A DNA stretch of 63,788 nt, filler included, from Hausera hauseri (Eukaryota), in assembly GCA_046269625.1 (NCBI GenBank). It is 11 parts of 11 records of this genome, joined end to end, with 100 filler letters (N's around TTAATTAATTAA, not from the genome) between each part and the next. Parts side by side here need not be neighbours in the genome. Positions count along the whole stretch, not along the records: positions 59,425 to 63,788 come from JBJURY010616331.1; 10 more parts are not named here. One strand, 5' to 3'. Made by a program: the position numbers and the translations under genes. A model generated the notes under the pieces. That model had not been told where the DNA came from. It made no database searches and saw only the letters and a list, made by a program, of their open reading frames with translations. Shown here piece by piece: positions 59,425 to 63,788 of the stretch (positions are counted from its first letter, which is position 1; every line of letters starts with the position of its first letter).

Positions 59425-62410
59425 CTTGCCGACACACAAATCCAATCAAACCACTTTCGTGACAACAACAGCCTTTACTATGCTTAGCCAAGCAACGCAA
59501 CAATATCTAATCAAATCTTGTTTCTATACAATTAAAAAAGACCCAACATTTCGACCGGCTAACATGACGTTTCATCATATCATCACAGAAAACCCTAGGC
59601 CCGTTAGGCAGGAACTCCGCCCACTTTCACCACACCGTCGACAGGCAGTACAAGCGGAATTCTCTGCACTCGAGCAAGCTGGCTTCATAAAACGCCCTAA
59701 ATCACCATGGGCATCACCACTCCACGTCGTCCCAAAGAAAGATGGCACATTCCGTCCATGTGGTGACTATTGACAACTTAATAATGTCACAACCATGGAT
59801 GCTTATCCTCCACCTTTGATTAAGGATATATTGCATTCTTTACACAAGACTACGATTTATTCAACCATAGATCTCGAAAAAGGCTACCACCAAATACTGG
59901 TAGCACCAGAAAACATCCCAAAAACGGCCATTACAACACCTTTTGGTTTTTTCGAATACGTATTCATGCCGTTCGGTTTAAAAAACGCAGCACAAACTTT
60001 CCAACAACACATCGATTCAGTTCTTTGAGGCTTGCCATTTGCGTATTCATACATTGATAACATACTAGTCGCATCGACATAGCCAAAACAACACGAAGAA
60101 CATCTCAAACTACTTTTCCCACGCTTGCACAACAACAATTTGCAAGTGAACTTTTCTCAATGTTCCTTCTTTCAGAAAAAGGTAAAACTCCTAGGCCACG
60201 TCATCACACATTACGATCACAGTCCACAGCCTTATAAAATCCATCAGCTACGAAACATCAAGCTACCAAAAGCCACTACGGATATGCGTAGTTTCCTTGG
60301 GATTCTACATTTTGTCAATAAATACGTCCCACACTGTAGCCAGTTAACTGTTCCTTTCGCTCAACTATGAGCAGGGCCGAAGAAAAAGCTCATATATTGT
60401 ACGCCAGAACTTATTAACCAGTTCGACGAACTTCGCGACAAGCTCAAAACAGTCGAAATTTTAGCCTACCCCAAAACCTGTTGGTGACCTCATTTTAACA
60501 ACCGACGCATCAACTACAGCAGTAGGAGCTGTTCTTCATCAAATGTCTCAAGGTATAAATGAACCGTTAAAATTCTTTTCACGCAAGCTGCAGCCACACA
60601 AACGGCGCTATTCTACCTTCGATAGAGAACCCCTGGCTATTGTTTTAGCTCTGAAACATTTTTCACACTTGCTGAACACAAACCTCTCGCTCACGTAATG
60701 AACATGAAACAACCATCACTGCGACAAAAATTCCATATATCAACATTTAACTTTGAAATTCGGCATATTTCTGGCACAGACAATTTAATAGCCGATTTCT
60801 TATCATGGTCAGTTGGAGCAATCAGCGTCACACCAATATTTTCAAAAGAAAAGTTAATCCAAAATCCACCTTCCAATGCAATTCTGAGACAATACAAATC
60901 TATGCAAATCATCGATGGAATAGCCATGAATACTTCGACACCTGAACAACATTTGCCAATTTTGGCACCTGCTTTCCAACAAACTGCATTTCAACATGTT
61001 CATTCTTTGAATCACCCAGGTTCAAAGACTACATTCCACTTTCTCAAACGCCACGTAACATGGCCATCAATGAGATCTGATATACAGAGCTGGGTTAGGC
61101 AATGCGTAGCTTGCCAAAAGTTCAAGGTAGCTAAATATTTTAAACCACCATTATTCCATTTCCAATATACATCCCGCTTTGAGTCAGTTCACATAGATAT
61201 CGCTGGCCCATTACCTTCCGATAGCGGCCACCAATTCATCTTAACAATGATAGACCGCGCGTCTCGTTGGCCTGAAGCCGTTTCATTTGCGCTCCATCAA
61301 TATAGACTCCATTACCGACGCATTTATAGGGATTTGGATTAGCCGGTTCGGTTCATCTCGCTATATAATTACCGACCAAGGTTTCCAATTTGAATCGAAC
61401 CTATTCAAATCTCTAGTTAATCGACCAGGCATAAATCACATACACACAACTCCATACCACCCCCAGTCGAACGGCTTATTGAAACGCTTTCATCGCACTC
61501 TCAAGATCTTGTTAAAAATACTGGCCGAAACGTATAAGAATTGGACAACCATCGTTCTTTTTGTTTTACTCGGGTGGTGCAATACGCCGTCTACTACCAC
61601 CGGTTGCACACCCGCTGAGGCACTTTTCGGTACCACAATTCGTGCACTTTATGAACTCACCGATTTGGACAACACACCAACTGACGAAACAAATAGGTTT
61701 GCACAAAGTCACTTCGTTCAGTTAAGCCAGGATTCCTTCTGCAAAATAGTACACGGTGACAAAACATACTTACCTGACTCGCTATTTAATGCAAAGTTCG
61801 TGCGGATAAAATATCCTTCACCTTCCGGATTCCAATCGAACTACTTAGGACCATATAAAGTCCTCAGTCTAACTTCACACACGGTTACAATACTCAAAAA
61901 CGATAAAGAGCAAAACGTACACATAATTAACGTAAAACCTGCATACTTCGTCAACTACACACCGGAATTTTCAGCTGAATCCACACAAAACTTTCTTGAT
62001 TCCTTATATTCTTTCATTCTACCTGCACGACAACCCGCTACTCCAAAACCTGCAGTAACTCAATCAGCTACACTAAACGACATACCAACCAGTTCTGAAC
62101 CTGCTGAAATCTCGAATCAAAAATTAACTTTACCCAAATCTCTTCAACAGGCATTAAAACAGCACGTCAAACGAAGCAAAACAGCAGCTTTTAGCAAATA
62201 CAGCAGAGAACAAAATATCGATAAGATTCAACGCCTTGTCCACACAAAGACACAATAGCTTATAAAACTATTCCTTCCACGTTTTCACTTTTTTCGCTTT
62301 TTTATAGTTTCACTTCTGCTATTGGGAGGGGTGGTGTGGTGCCGCAGACTCGGGCGCTAACACAATCCAACTGAACCGAATTCTGCGATAAATACAAAGA
62401 TATCTATAGT
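59425..62410 (+). mobile_element. Gypsy family A pol (RT, RH, IN), PPT 62324-62334 and 3' LTR starting at 62335
   Basis: SPWASPLHVVPKKDG.FRPCGDY, MPFGLKNAAQTFQ, TTDAS, RYSTFDRE, H...HPG..C..CQ, HIDIAGPLP and HPQSNG motifs. GGGAGGGGTGG precedes TGTGGTGCC. Confidence 0.95.
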
Positions 62411-63412
62411 TTCTGAAATTCATATAGAATTACAATCAGGGATTCCAGACCATCTTCCAATCCTTCCATGATACAAATACTAGTCAACTGACGAAGTTGA
62501 CTGTGATCGCCTCAAAGTCAATCGAGTGAAAGACGGTCGTGCTCTATAGCCGCTGAAATCATTACCACCAGACAACAAATTCACGATTGTTTACTGCAAT
62601 TATATCGCATGCATCCAAAAAAATCATAATAATATTTACAGACAAGCAATTCCTACGGTGTGAAAAATTACAATGTCAGAAAATTTATGGTGTATGAAAG
62701 TTATCACATCAAAATGTTTTAAATTTCTCTTCTAACTAATTAATCAGCAAAATATTTTTCTCCAATTAGTTCAAATGCCGATTTCCTCCGTAAATCAATG
62801 GACAGTCAACAACGTGCTGACATCGGCGAACGTTAACCAAGTCCACAGCATTCAGGGGCCCCAGATTTTGTTTTCGCAATCTCCAACAAACGAACAGTTC
62901 ATAATGCAAAATAGAGCAGACATGAACAATCCGTCTTCGGCGATAGGAGTTACTTTTTTGCAGATATGTTGTGATTATATTAACTTTAATATTAGTAATT
63001 GATTTTTGAATAAACATTGATTCCTTGGTTTATTTCACCTAACTTTACATTTGGATTATTTATGCAAACTACAATAGTGGTGGTGAGCAATCTAACTGAG
63101 TCGTTACCGTTATTGATTGAATTTGGTCAATGGCAATTCCGAATGGTAGATGTCTGTTATTTGTAATTGGTTTGCGACAACCCATAATACGACACTCCCG
63201 ATGGAAATATGATGCATGTAATATCCAGTGGACACTTGCGGACACACTGCCTCGGTTTCAATTGATTAAACGGCAGTGCATTAATACACTCAGTAAAATG
63301 TCCGCGGTAGTTGATATTCGCTATCATGATTGATTGAAACACTGTTCATGCTGAACCTATTTATATGTGTGTGATTATAAACAAAATGTATGATAAATGC
63401 ATCACCAACGAC

Positions 63413-63788
63413 ATGAAGTTGCAGAATAGTGCCATTGTCCAGATTGTAGACCCCGCTGAAAGTGGCCAAACGTACTTTGTTTGCAAATTGCTGCAGAACT
63501 ACCGTGACATGTTCCAATCGCCAGTGTTCAGTCACATATACTGGCATCAGAGTGTTGGTGATAATGGTGAGTCCGGTTTTACACATCGAGAATTTTGTAA
63601 ATTAAAATCGTAACGGTAATTGATAGGCTTGATGAAAACTGGTCAGAGAGATTACGCAACGGTGACTTTGTTGTCATTGACGATTTATTTCAAGAGGCAA
63701 CGAAACAAACCGACTTCAACAACCTGTTCACGAAGATTGCACGGCACCGTGGTGTGACGGTTATTTTCATTACGCAAAACATGTTCCA
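63413..63788 (+). mobile_element. Polinton/Maverick-type A32/FtsK-like packaging ATPase, degenerate and running off the window
   Basis: Decayed Walker A IVDPAESGQT. After a frameshift: Walker B FVVIDD and the LFTKIARHRGVTVIFITQN signature. Confidence 0.85.

Noticed and set aside
1-63788. Treating the window as one locus (e.g. a gene cluster combining env, PolB, ATPase and gypsy parts)
   Set aside because: The parts lie on different concatenated contigs; order across linkers is arbitrary.

Overview
Eukaryotic, AT-rich draft-assembly DNA. It consists of 11 unrelated ~4-7.6 kb contigs joined by ten artificial 100-nt linkers (N44-TTAATTAATTAA-N44), so adjacency across linkers has no biological meaning. 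The window is dominated by Ty3/gypsy LTR retrotransposon relics from at least four families. It also holds a pogo/Tigger transposase fragment, Polinton/Maverick fragments (pPolB, packaging ATPase) and a 4 kb CT-rich simple-repeat tract. The one intact host gene is proteasome alpha-5 (PSMA5) with 46-47 nt introns, which suggests a compact, divergent invertebrate-type genome. There are disabled fragments of RPA1, VPS13 and KMT2C/D, plus a teleost-like GART exon. The most unusual content is retroelement cargo: (i) an apparently pol-less gag - coiled-coil/ubiquitin-like/AT-hook - class III (chuvirus/gB-like) glycoprotein polyprotein at 44049-49646; (ii) a gypsy element whose integrase is followed by an FN3-like membrane protein, a DEDDh-like pseudo-exonuclease and a novel domain (8302-12998), with a distant homologue of that novel domain at 57933-59008; (iii) a near-intact gypsy element whose primer-binding site is complementary to its own LTR (Tf1-like self-priming) and whose RT motif is YVDN. 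All assignments are by eye from motifs; no database searches were run.
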